A stretch of 64,000 nt of DNA from Zygnema circumcarinatum SAG 698-1b (lineage: Eukaryota; Plantae; Zygnematophyceae). The DNA lies in the NCBI GenBank assembly GCA_037447605.1, contig CM074807.1:372001-436000 (forward strand). Reading direction: 5' to 3'. The notes under the pieces are model-generated. The model was not told where the DNA came from. It worked only from the letters and a program-made list of their open reading frames with translations, and did not search any database. Shown here one piece after another: positions 52,831 through 64,000 of this stretch. The position numbers and the translations under genes were made by a program. Position 1 is the first letter of the stretch, and each line of letters opens with the position of its first letter.

Positions 52831-53515
52831 TAAATTTGATGTAACATGCCTGTCTGTACTGTAATATGAGGTAGATACGTACATGTAACTGTTCGGAATT
52901 TGCGATGCTGAGCACTGGTGGAAGCTGTAATAAATCGATAGTCGGTCGGTCTACAACAGCGGCTGGTTAAGGGCTGATGATGCTGTTGGCTTCCATGTTT
53001 ATACATGAACTAGTTTATCATCTCTGTTTGTTATCATCAGATCAGTGCAATCTGAATACCTCCGAAGTCTTCATGAACGGTCTTCCCAAAAAGAATTGTT
53101 TGGAGCTTTATAATGTTAGCAATAATATAATATAGACCAAGTGATAATGAAGCTTGTACTGACTTTCAATCTTTGTTCAACGGCCTGTGGAGAAGTTTCT
53201 GAGGAGAAAGGTAGGACAGCCGGCTGGCAGATTTCCATTGTTGTTCCAGATGTTAAGTGAGACTAAGGATTGAAGGAGGCTTGAAGCACGAAAAAGAAGG
53301 AACGAATGACGATAGGAAGAAGTTTTAATCCTCTCTGCATGGCAGCTGGTCCACCTGCTGAGGTGCCGCTTACTCGGCATGAGGAATCAGAAAGCTATTT
53401 AAGGTTGCAGGAGGATGTTCATTCATTGGCATACTCCTCCCTTCAGCTCACACAGACCGCACATAGCAGCCTTCCTCACTCTCAACCTACAATCTCGACT
53501 AAGAGACTCAGTAAG

Positions 53516-53809
53516 ATGCGCAATACCACAGCCGTAGCGATCCCAGTCCTCCTCCTCCTCCTCTTAGCAGCTCCAAACATTCCTCGAGCGGAGGGTGGCA
53601 TCCTCGGCGCCCTCCTCGGCTATGGCGCATGTCAGTGCGCGTGCAATGCTGGGTGGGTGGCCTGTTATGCAGGACTTGGCGCCGTTGCAGGCACTGTGAC
53701 TGCGGGAGCGGGAGTGCCCGCGGCTATTCTAGCTTGTAACGCGGCGCAGGGTGCTTGCATGGTGGGATGCGCCGTGGCCGCAGGCATCATAGGCGCGGCG
53801 ACAGGATAA
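53516..53809 (+). CDS. Small secreted Cys/Gly/Ala-rich peptide, paralog 1 (97 aa)
   Basis: Signal-peptide-like MRNTTAVAIPVLLLLLLAAPNIPRAEG, then GILGALLGYGACQCACNAGWVACY...AILACNAAQGACMVGCA. TATTTAA at 53396. The paralog at 55664 preserves the frame. Confidence 0.85.
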   Translation: MRNTTAVAIPVLLLLLLAAPNIPRAEGGILGALLGYGACQCACNAGWVACYAGLGAVAGTVTAGAGVPAAILACNAAQGACMVGCAVAAGIIGAATG

Positions 53810-54850
53810 GTCCATAAAACGGGACTTATTATGCGTTGGTTTGGGGAGAATCTAGACCCCCTCTAGAGAGATGAAAGAGAGAGAAAAAAAAAAGGATTCA
53901 GAATATGAGAAGCGAAAGAGGAGAGAGGGAAAGAGAGAAGGAGAAGAAAAGAGAAAGAGATGGAATATGTGAAGATCTTTAGGGGGAACGCTCTTGTAGA
54001 GGCTGTACATATGCTGCTGGAAGGAGGCAGTGCTGGGTGTTTGAATAGGGGAGGGGCCATATTAGTAGGGTTTCACGATCTGTAAGACTATTTTTAAGTC
54101 AGAAGAAGTTTTTTGTCTGCGGAGTATTCTGGAAGTTTTGGCTTTGCAGACGATGTGCTGCTTTTGAAGTTTTGAAGTTTATGTTTTTGGGGTCCGAGCA
54201 TATGCCCGAGTGCAATTTCCACTGATTTTGATTCTCCAAAAGTTAGTCGATAGTGCTGATTCGCCTTTGTATCATCCCTCTCTTCTCCCCCCCTTGTTGA
54301 CAATTTGAGCCTGGTCTTTCCCACTACTCTCACTCATGATTGCAAGTCTGAATCAAAAACAGCCCTCAAGTGCACACACTTCAGCGGATGATTCAAAGCA
54401 GAGCAAAACACCGAAAGAGAAAATGTAAGGAGAAACCACCCCCGGCCTCAAAACTCCTTAATAAAGTTTGAAGAGTGCTTGTTTGAAGAGTAACAAGCAG
54501 TGAATTCAAGCCTTCAGACTTCTACCATGCAAATTCTCTTAGAAACACGAGCTAAACTGCAGCTGTATTAGGTTGAACTCCCGAGTTAATTTAATTCTAA
54601 ACAATTCCTTCTTAAATACTAAGCGCTGCAGTCCTCCACTGCCGGAGTGTCCGTACCGGAAACGCTCTCCCTCGACGCGCCAGCCTTCCGCGAAGCTTCG
54701 CATCCATCGCGCGCGCCTCTCCAGCGCCCGTGTTAGGCGTCCGTACGCCCATGCGTCTCGTACGCTCCGGACATTTTGTACGAGCGTCCGCCAAAGGGAT
54801 ACTGTAAGCAATACAGTACCGAACTGACCGCATATCCAATCGCTGCACGC

Positions 54851-54944
54851 CACGTGGCTACGAAATTCTAAGTAGACTCCCGTGATGGCGCGGCCTATCG
54901 CCGCTCTCCACGTGTCCAATTGGAGATCTCGTGTTCCCTATATA
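54851..54944 (+). promoter_or_regulatory. ABRE/G-box pair plus TATA box
   Basis: CACGTGGC at 54851-54858, CACGTGTC at 54909-54916 and TATATA at 54939-54944. Confidence 0.5.
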
Positions 54945-55663
54945 CGACAGAATCTATCTGTCTGTTCAGGCCGTGACCGAATCCTCTAAGGACCTGCGAC
55001 AATGGCTAAGGACCGCACGGTGTACTGTACTATTCTATGCTATACCCCTATTGTACCCAACACCCCTCCCTCGCGCCCTCTCTCGCACGCCTGCACACGT
55101 CCTGCTCCTTCCTGCCCTCTGGAACATTCCAAGGGAAGGCCTCCGTCAGGAGCAGCCGCCGCATGGAAGTGCGTTCGTTCTCGGGATCCTCCGAACGTCC
55201 CACTGAATGTCGCTGCGCCTTGAAACCATCCTTTCTTTACATGCATGCATGCGCTTTACCTACAGGTGCTTGCGATGAAGAACGTCTGGAAAATTCGTAA
55301 ATCGCTTGTGCTGCAGCCGCCAAGTTGGCAACACATGCATGGCTCTCATATGCAAGGAGCTGCATGGCAGCTGCTCCACCTGCTGAGGTGCCCCTTACTC
55401 GGCATGAGGAATCAGAAAGCTATTTAAGGTTGCAGGAGGATGTTCGTTCATTAGCACACTTCTCCGTTTCTCCTCATACAAACCGCACACACTAACCTTC
55501 CTCACTCTCCAATTACACTCTCGAATATAACAGAATCCACTCGGTAAGATGCGCAGTACCACAGCCTCAACGATCCCCTCGTCTTTGCCGATCATTCGGC
55601 AGTTCTAATTCCCTGTGAGGACTATCTCGTGTGCAGGCTCCCGTTTTCGCTTTGACTGCAAAA

Positions 55664-55957
55664 ATGAAGAAAGTCCTTCCTGTTTTGCTCCTTTTCCTCC
55701 TCCTCTTCGCAGCTGCAAACATTCCTCGAGCGGACGCTGGCATCCTCGGCGCCCTCTTTGGATATGGCGCATGTCAGTGCGCGTGCAATGCGGGTTGGGT
55801 AGCCTGCTATGCAAACCTTGGCGCCATTGCAGGCACTGTGACTGCGGGATTGGGAGTGCCCGCTGCAATTCTAGCTTGCAACGCGGCTCAGGGAGCGTGT
55901 ATGTCAGGATGCGCCGTGGCCGCAGGGATCACAGGCGTGGCAACAGGCCCCCTCTAG
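55664..55957 (+). CDS. Small secreted Cys/Gly/Ala-rich peptide, paralog 2 (97 aa)
   Basis: MKKVLPVLLLFLLLFAAANIPRADA|GILGALFGYGACQCACNAGWVACYANLG...CNAAQGACMSGCA. TATTTAA at 55421. Part of a duplicated block: about 53337-54265 versus 55363-56672. Confidence 0.85.
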   Translation: MKKVLPVLLLFLLLFAAANIPRADAGILGALFGYGACQCACNAGWVACYANLGAIAGTVTAGLGVPAAILACNAAQGACMSGCAVAAGITGVATGPL

Positions 55958-56914
55958 ATAGATGAAAGAGAAGAAAGAGAGAGGGAATACGGGAAGAGAA
56001 AGAAAAGAGAGAGAGAGAGAGAAGGAGAAGGAAAGAGGAAGGGATGGAATATGTGAAGCTCTTTAGGCGAGGCGCTGGGGAGGAAAGGAGGCGCCTGCTT
56101 CTGTAGAGACTGTATATATGCTGCTGGAAGGTGGCAGTGCTGGGTGCTTGAATAGGGGAAAGGCCATATTAGTAGGGTTTGACGATCTGTAAGACTGTTT
56201 CTAAAGAAGTGTGCAGGACAAAAGATTTAGCTTTGGCTTTGTAGATGATGTGCTGCTTTTGAAGTTTTGAAGGATGTTTTTGGAGTCTGCGCATATGCTC
56301 TCGTTTTCCTGCAGCTTTAGATTTCTCAAGGTTGAACCACCGCATGCAGATACATGATGTCGCTTGTTTGTTGATTTGCATACATGTGGATTGTCAACCG
56401 GGGAGGAGGGAGGAGAGGAAGTGGGAGAGGATTTATTCGCAAAAGTGTTTTAAGAACGGACTAAGAGGGAAGATATTCTCATGAACCTTCCATAATACTT
56501 CCAACAACATTAACCCGAAATGACCTGTGCAGGTCCATGGACGGGCCAATGGAGTCTGCACAGACCATCAATACTGCGACAATTCCAATGCAGGAGCTTC
56601 TCCTGCTTTGGTTGCATTCACTTCACTTATTTTGATTCTCCAAAAGTTAGTCGATGGTGCTGATTCGCCTTTCGCCTTTTTTCGCCGTGTGATGTTTGGG
56701 CTTAGAAGGGGATGCAGGGTATGGTGTGAAGCCTGGAACTGTCACTATCTCAAGCCGTTAGTGAAAAAATTACAAGCGAAAAACGCCAATGCGTTAAAAA
56801 TTCGGAATCAGAATCGGCGCAAATGGCTTGTTGAGCCCTAAGCTATGTACATTGAAAATCTGCAAATGACAGTACAGAGGGCCTCTGTACCCTGCAAGAC
56901 ATTCAGCTTCACAT

Positions 56915-57526
56915 TCAGCATGCTGCGAATGCTTTCTCCACACCCTCAGCATCAATCAAATAGGCGAATCCGTATGCCAAATTCTTCAACGTAGACTGAT
57001 GAAGCTCTTCATCACTAGTTGCCGTCGCATCCGGCGAAAAAAAAACCCTAAATCCGCGCACGAATGCATCTCTAGCTGTCGTTTCGCAGCACAAATTCGT
57101 CATCACGCCGGTGATCAGCACCTCCTTCACCTCCAAATCGCTCAGAACTTGTCCCAAATCCGTCTTCTGAAAGCCGCTGTAAGTCGACTTCGTGATCAAT
57201 TTATCATCCTTCTCTTGGCCTACTTCCGACATCAAGGAAGCTGCCGCTGTTCCCTCGATAATGTCACCCCCCGGCCACCACTCCCGCAGTATAGTAACCT
57301 CATTTGGATCGTCAATATGGCGAGTGAATATGACAGGAACTCCTGCTTTGCGGCAGCTGCTGATTATCTTCTGTAAAGGCCCAATAATTGGACTTGCGAT
57401 GTCCCGGAAATACTCCTGCATGTCGATAACAAGGAGAGCTGCTTCCGAAGCAGTTGGTGCCTTCTTCCTGATGGCGTATCGCTTCACATCTGCACTTAAA
57501 TCATTTGATCGTGCGAAATCCGCCAT
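56915..57526 (-). CDS. NIC2: Isochorismatase/cysteine-hydrolase family protein, nicotinamidase 2-like, intronless
   Basis: AALLVIDMQEYF, VPVIFTRH, EWW, KSTYSGF and GVMTNLCCETTARDAFVRGFRVFFSPDATAT...HQSTLKNLAYGFAYL, as in plant NIC2/NIC3. Confidence 0.9.
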   Translation of the reverse strand: MADFARSNDLSADVKRYAIRKKAPTASEAALLVIDMQEYFRDIASPIIGPLQKIISSCRKAGVPVIFTRHIDDPNEVTILREWWPGGDIIEGTAAASLMSEVGQEKDDKLITKSTYSGFQKTDLGQVLSDLEVKEVLITGVMTNLCCETTARDAFVRGFRVFFSPDATATSDEELHQSTLKNLAYGFAYLIDAEGVEKAFAAC

Positions 57527-57968
57527 CCTGCACTTCACTAGCCTGGCTTTCCTTCTCCCCTTTATTTCCCTTTAATTCTCATCTTTTTGCCGAAAACATG
57601 CTTTTGCTTGCCAAAATTCTCCGAGTCCTTCACTGCTGCTGCTGCTGCTGCTGCGTGCTTGCCTGCACGTCACATGAGCCTTAACTGCCCATAGTTCTAG
57701 TTACGATTTCAGTTGCAGTTCTGGTTCCAGTTCCCAGTTCATTCGTACATTTCCACGCAATGCGGTACGATATATTCCGATACGACATTACGTCTACCAC
57801 GGTCATTGACAAAGGCGATACGATATGGCATAGTCCGATACGATATTGGATGTACCATGCACATGGACATGGGCAGGCTCACTCTGTGTCCTCTGGTCCA
57901 TGGCGGACAGAGAGGATAGGAGAGGCCGAAGTCCTGCAGACCTTGGTGCGGAGGCGGCGAGGGCCGCC

Positions 57969-59963
57969 ATGGAGGGCGGAAGCCCGGAAGCAGGCTGCAG
58001 GCCGCAGAGGATCATTCTCATCCGCCATGGCGAGAGCGAGGGCAACGTGAACCGCGCCATCTTCTGCCATCTTGCAGACTCCAAGGTGTCGCTGACGCCC
58101 TTCGGACGGGAGCAGGCGGAAGGGTGCGGGAGGAGGCTGCGGGAGCTCATTGAGACGGACGGGTTTGATGACTGGAAGCTCTTCTTGTACGTGTCTCCGT
58201 ACAGGAGGACCTTGCAAGTGAGTTTTTTTTCACATCGCTGCAAGATTGGTATTTGATTGATGATTGAACCTGTTGATTGTTTCGGAAAGGGATTTTTATT
58301 TCTAGATATAATTACGTTCGCCGATAAGGAGGCATTTTGCTGAGTCTTTCAGAAAACGTATGTGAAAAAGTGTAGAATGTGGGCAGAGTTGTCGTATTTT
58401 TTTGATACAAGAGACGCAGGAGCAACGATTGTAAAGCTTGATTTTTTTAGAAACGTGTGCTTCTTATGAGGGTGTAGATGTTATAAGCTGACTTGAAGCT
58501 CGTCATTGTACTGCTTTTGTTGTTTGGTTTGCCTCCTCTCTTCAGTTACAAAGAATGCACTTTTACAGTCAGAACTTTTTCAAGCGCAAGCTTTAATAAG
58601 CTTCGCTGCTTGGATTAGTTTCTTTATGTTGCAAAGAAACTAGAAGCTAAAACGAAGCTAGAAGTGATAGAAATTGCTTTTACGGCTCTGCAGACATTGC
58701 GATGCATGGGGAAGGAGATTCCGCAATCGCGTGTGATTGGTCTGCGCGAAGAGCCACGCATCAGAGAGCAAGACTTTGGAAACTTTCAGATTCAAGACGA
58801 AATGCAAGCTTCCATGGAAGCGCGACGACGCTTTGGGGCCTTTTTCTTCCGCTTTCCGCAAGGAGAGTCTGCTGCAGATGTGTACGACAGGGTTACTGGT
58901 GAGTTCTTCGAAGCTTTCGACTTCAATCCTTATTAACTGACCTATTCACTGATGTATACCTTTGATTTAAAAAAAAAAAGAAACCGATGGGTTCTAGTTT
59001 GCATCGTGACCCGTAATAATGCTTCTCGTGTACCAAGTTAGTTCTCTTCGTGCTAATTTTCCTTTTTGTTGGTGATCGGCATCCTTCCTACATCTTGAAG
59101 TATTTCTTTTTTGTTCTTGATTTTGTGCCAAATGCGCACAGCTTGTCTGCAGGGTTTTTGGAGAGCCTTTGGCGTGACCTAAGCAGAGCACAGTCGCTGT
59201 GCAGCATCCAAAGAGGAGGGAAAGAACTGAATGTGGTCATAGTCACGCACGGTCTCACTATGCGAGTCTTCCTCACTCGCTGGTTCAAGTGGACCACTCC
59301 TCAGTTTGAGGGTCTGTGGAATCCGGAAAACTGCGAAATGCGGGTCATGGAACAGGGAAGCGGAGGAGAGTACAGTTTGGCAGTGCGGCATTCTGTGGAG
59401 GAAATGGAGAAATGGGGTCTCAGCCCTGCGATGATTCAAGGTGAGGAGGAGGAGGAGGTTCATGATGGCCCCTGTGTGAGAGAGGTAGGTTAGGGATGTT
59501 TAGCGGCTCTCCTGTTGAGAGGAGATGTGGAGAGGATGTCTGAATATGGCGGCGATAGAGGGAAAGCTCGTGGTTTGTAGAGGGAGGAGAAGAGAGCGAG
59601 AGGGATTCAGACTCGTCAAAGGGGTACAGAGAGAAAATACGAGAAAAGCTCATATAGAGGGAGAGGGAGAGGGAGAGGGAGAGGGTGGGGGAGGGGGACG
59701 GGAGGGGGGAGGGGCGGGGGAGAGCCCTTATAAAGTTGCACGACCTCACTTTGTTCTTTTTGGGGGCTGTGATGGCAGACCAGCTGTTTCGAAAGACGGC
59801 CGTGAGAGGGACCTGGATGAGAGACCAACAGTGGGACGAAATTTTTGGAGAGTCTGATGATGAAACGCATGGAGAAGAAACAAAGGCAGAGGAGCATGGA
59901 AAGGGGGAGGTCACTCTCTGCTCCCTTGAACTTAGTTCGGAGGAGAACCTTGTCCTGCAGTGA
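57969..59963 (+). CDS. Histidine-phosphatase / phosphoglycerate-mutase-like protein (AT74 family)
   Basis: RPQRIILIRHGESEGN (RHG motif), YVSPYRRTLQ|TL, EEPRIREQDFGNFQ, FFFRFPQGESAADVYDRVT|GFLESLWRD and VIVTHGLTMRVFLTRWFKWT. Four exons; an alternative upstream ATG lies at 57900. Confidence 0.9.
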
Positions 59964-60921
59964 GAGGAGCGGGTGCAGGCTTTAGACCTTAATTTTGGTG
60001 GAAAAATTGCCCATGTTCTTCGTTTCTCCAGCTTAATTTGGAGTCACGCTTGCATAGAGCGATTTGTACTGAAGTGGGTTTAGACATTATTAGAAGTCGT
60101 TCGGAAAGTAGAGGTTGAGAGCAGGTTTGAAACTTACCGCTTTGTGAATACTAAAAGTGTATTGAAAAATGTCACCTTCGGGGAAGACATATGTTGCTTA
60201 AAACGGTTGCAACGTTGCTAAAACAACGGCAATTTTTTGCGGAATATGTTCAAACTATTGGCCGGTGATTATGGTTAAGCGTCCAGGAACTGCTTGCTGC
60301 GTGGTTTGCCATTGCCATTGCCAACCCTGAAGAAACTGCAAGCAGGCTTCATAGGGCGTCACGTCACAGCGTCACGTCACGTCTTCCCCCCCTTCTCTCC
60401 TTCCCTCCAACTTCGCTCCGAGGACCTGAACTGCGCGCCGTCCCATCGACATTGAATGCCGCGATTCAAATACAAAGCCATTGAAACCAATGAATCTTGT
60501 CTTTAGGTCCTTTGCGATCAGTCCAGTTCCTCGTGGTTTCCCCATGCTGCTTTTGTCCAGGCACATTTGATGGCATCCATCATCGCCATCGTGAGATCAA
60601 TGCCATTTTCCCGTTATTTAATGAATCTCCGAACGCTCCCAAACCCAAGTGCGCAAGTAAATACTTTCCTGCCCTCGCTGCCGCCTTCATGAGAGCCCCA
60701 GCTGGCAGCCACGTCCAGCAAACTCGTACACCTTGAATTTCTCTGAAAACTCAAGAATCACTGAACCCTCCCGCGCGGACCCTCTCTCTCTCTCCCTCCC
60801 ATGCTAGCAACTTGCAAGTTCCCTCTTGACCGTCGACTTCAGCTGAACCCCAGCTGGCAGTCACGGCCGGTAAACTTCCCGGAAACTCAAGAACCAGTGA
60901 AGTAGTGCGCCCTCCTGTACA

Positions 60922-61112
60922 ACCCATATTGACCCATGTTGTCTGCACCATGTTGACCCATGGTGTTGTTGGACGACCCATGTTGACCCATATTGACCCA
61001 CGATCCCATGTTAACCCATGTTGTTGTCGTACGACCCATGTTGTTCGCCCAATACCGACCCATGGTGTTGTAAGACCCAAGTTGTTGTTTGGCCCATGTT
61101 GCACGACCCACC
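60922..61112. repeat. Degenerate field of about 14 GACCCATGTTG-like units
   Basis: Read directly; irregular 10-24 bp spacing. Confidence 0.75.
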
Positions 61113-62431
61113 AATGTCGGCTCCGCCCATGCCTAGTGGCCCTGCCCGTTGGGTCCCTCCCCCCCCTCCCTCCCTTCCCCTCTCTCTCACGCCAGCCCTA
61201 GCCCCTACACGGCCCACCCGCACATTGGCCATAGGACTTCCCTTGAGTCCGTCCCCAACAACATGCGCTGCCACTTGCGAGCCGATCCGGTCGGTCCCGG
61301 GGACTCTTCGCCCCCGTCCGTCCGTACGCCGATCGTCCCATATGGAACCGAAACTGTACGAGACACGTCCGTCCGTACGACGCTCGCACGTCGCCGACGC
61401 TCCGGTCCAAACACATTCAGTTGAATTCGCCCGCGGGGTCGCTGTCCGTATGGACGTCCGTACATGTATTCGTACACCCTCTCTTATTTTTTTCAAAAAA
61501 CGTTCCTCGTCAGGTCCTTAATCATTACCAAAATCTCGCAATAAATGTACTCGTACAACTAGAATCTGCCACCTGTCTTCTTGTGAACTTTCATTCGCTC
61601 AAACGCCACGTGTTACATTACCATTCGTCTTCATTCAGACTCATTCAAGTAGTGTCCGCTAAATGACAAAAGCCAAGACCTCCCGAATCTTCGGACCCGG
61701 CAATTAACCCCCTCTCGCTTCCCCAGAGATTGCGGCAATTATTGCCACATCAGCCCTAGTCCACTGGATCAACCAGTCCGTACAAAATCATTGTCGTTTC
61801 CCCCTCCCACTTGGCCTGCCGGTCCGTCCGCAGCCGCCCGCCCGGAGACTCTCAGATGCCGCCCCTGCCCGCGGTCAAACCAAAAAAAAATTCGGTCGTT
61901 GCCGCACCTTTAACCACCGTCCGTCGTTTCCGAGATATACACCAGTAACATCGCGCCACGTCAACATTCATAACTTTTTCTGACCTGACCGCAAAACTTG
62001 ACTGCCGCCAGCCTCCATCGGCAGTTGCCTCGTACGTTCTGTTCGTACAGACCAGCCGGTCAGAGCTGCCGGTCAACGGTCAAACCGTCTGCCAGCCGGC
62101 GCCCTGACGGGCGTCTTCCGCCTTTCCGGGTCGGCTTGACCCGCCGTCCGGCCGGTCCCGGCCGCTGGCCGGCGCCGGCCGGCAGGCGGCCGCCGGCCGC
62201 CGTGCCGTGCGAGCCACGGATTGGCGGCGGGCGGCCGCTGGCGCCCATTTAGAGGGCCAGGCTGGCAGGCGGCAGGGAGGGAGGCAACGGCTGGGAGCGG
62301 GAGAGGGAGCGAGAGTGAGAGAGAGCGAGGGGGACAGAGAGAGGGAGAAGGAGAGGGAGAGGCAGAGCACTGACGAAGGAAGAGGAAACTGCAGAGAGAG
62401 ATAGAGAGAGAGAGAGGGGAGGGATAGAGAA

Positions 62432-63697
62432 ATGGCGTCCGGGAAGCCGCTGATTCCCGACGCTCTTCCCAACATACGGGCGCGGTACTCCCTGCGGAGC
62501 GGCGTGCTGGGGGAGGGCTACATGGGCGTAGTTCGCGTGTGCGTGGAACGGAGCACGGGACGGAAGTTCGCATGTAAAACCATTCTCAAGGGGAAGCTCT
62601 CGCCCGCGGGGGAGGCCGACATCCGGCGCGAGGTCGCGGCCTTGCGAGCCATGGCGGGCTGTCCGTACAGCGTGGCGCTGAGGGAGGTCTACGAGGACGG
62701 GGGTGCAGTTCACCTGGTCATGGACCTCTGCGAGGGGACGCTCTATGAGTACATATGCAGGCGGAAACGCTTAACGGAGCAGGAGGCCATGGAGATCTTC
62801 CGCCAGATAGTGGATGGGGTGGCGGCCTGCCATGAAAGGGGCTGGATGCACCGCGATTTGAAGCCTGAAAACGTGCTTTTAGTGAGAAAAAGGGATGTGG
62901 GTCCTTTAGAAAACATTAAAAATTTGGTGGGTTTCAAGTCAGGGGTACAGGGGGAGGAGGAGAAGGGGAGAGCGGGGAGGGGGGTAGAGGTTAAGATTAC
63001 GGATTTTGGGCTTTCTATGGAGATTGGGAGCAGAGAGAGCTTCTATGGGCTGGCTGGTTCAGCCATGTATGTGGCCCCTGAAGTGGTTTTAGGGTTAAAG
63101 TATGGCCTCATGGCGGACATGTGGTCTCTGGGCATCATGCTCTATGCGCTGCTCCTGTCAGATGTTCCGTTCAAGGGGGCCAATGACAAGGAGGTCCTTC
63201 GGTTAGTGGCAACGGAACAGGTGCGCATGGAAGGGCCTGCATGGAGCGCCTTAAGCAAGGGAGCGCAGGAGCTTTTAGGGCAGCTGCTGAGGAGGGAGCC
63301 CAAGGAGAGGCCTACGGCGGCGGAAGTACAGAAGCATCCATGGCTGGGAGGAGGAGGGAGGAGGGAGGGAGGGAGGGGGGTGGTGGGAGTGCCGGTGCTG
63401 GGAAGGAGGGAGTCCATAGATAGCGGGGGAGGTAAGGAGAGTGGGTGTGAGAGGAGTAGAGGGAGAGGAACTTCCTATCCCACTCCCTCTGTGTCTGCCT
63501 CGTCGGCAGCTGTGGGAGAGAGAGAGGAGGGAGAGGGAGAGGGCTTGGAAGGGAAGGAAAACGGGCGGGTTTTGTGGAGATTGGGGAGGTTGAGTATTGT
63601 GAGGAGGAGAGAGGGAGAGCGAAGGGGGAGTGGGAGAGCGAAAGTAGCGGATGAAACAGTTGCGAGAGAGCAGCTCCTTATGAAGGGGCAGAGCTAG
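62432..63697 (+). CDS. Intronless Ser/Thr protein kinase, CDPK/PEPKR-related, no EF-hands
   Basis: LGEGYMGVV, FACKT, HRDLKPEN, DFG, GSAMYVAPE, DMWSLGIMLY and RPTAAEVQKHPW, followed by a low-complexity G/R/E tail. Confidence 0.92.
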   Translation: MASGKPLIPDALPNIRARYSLRSGVLGEGYMGVVRVCVERSTGRKFACKTILKGKLSPAGEADIRREVAALRAMAGCPYSVALREVYEDGGAVHLVMDLCEGTLYEYICRRKRLTEQEAMEIFRQIVDGVAACHERGWMHRDLKPENVLLVRKRDVGPLENIKNLVGFKSGVQGEEEKGRAGRGVEVKITDFGLSMEIGSRESFYGLAGSAMYVAPEVVLGLKYGLMADMWSLGIMLYALLLSDVPFKGANDKEVLRLVATEQVRMEGPAWSALSKGAQELLGQLLRREPKERPTAAEVQKHPWLGGGGRREGGRGVVGVPVLGRRESIDSGGGKESGCERSRGRGTSYPTPSVSASSAAVGEREEGEGEGLEGKENGRVLWRLGRLSIVRRREGERRGSGRAKVADETVAREQLLMKGQS

Positions 63698-64000
63698 AAC
63701 TTTAAATTTTAGATGGGTAAGAATGGTCTTATTTTTGTGGGTGTATATATACAATGGAAAGTGGGTAGGGTTACCTCTGTTAGAACATAGAATTTGAGCT
63801 GGAAAAAAAACTGAAACTGAGACTGAGAGCATAGAACAGGAGAGCATAGCATGAGAGAGAGAGAGAGAGCTTCGTTCTGTACAGTGAGCAGCAGCACAGT
63901 TTTGAGTAGTTGCCCCTTTGAGGTTGTACATACCGCGGTGCTATCATTGACCCAATAATAAATTATTCCATCGGAATGTTCAACAAGAACATGCAAGAGA

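Noticed and set aside
52974-53056. TGATGA...CTGA resembling a C/D snoRNA
   Set aside because: No terminal stem or recognisable rRNA-complementary guide; expected by chance.

Overview
Intron-rich eukaryotic nuclear DNA from the green-plant lineage. Plant-type genes, dense (CT)n tracts and TTAGGG repeats suggest a streptophyte alga such as Closterium (inference). Conserved genes in order: NAGS (5'-truncated, +), LSM4 (-), oligopeptidase A/OOP (+), RPS28 (+), GFS12/WDR81-type BEACH-WD40 gene (+, about 16 kb), two tandem secreted Cys-rich peptides (+), NIC2-like isochorismatase (-), AT74-like histidine phosphatase (+) and an intronless CDPK/PEPKR-like kinase (+). The main oddity is a 21-kb block (about 5.3-26.6 kb) between divergently transcribed LSM4 and OOP. 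It has a 9.05-kb period and resolves into five head-to-tail cassettes, A-B-A-B-A. Two unrelated spliced genes I do not recognise sit inside homologous 5' (P) and 3' (T) flanking modules, joined at repeat fields carrying the palindrome CAACCATTGGATCCAATGGTTG. No transposase, recombinase or RT is visible in it. Also notable: the last GFS12 exon lies between two TTAGGG tracts, and a 3.4-kb (TA)n run fills another intron. Caveat: five 10-N gaps, false overlaps and indel-rich patches show a draft assembly, so copy numbers and some reading frames need read-level confirmation.
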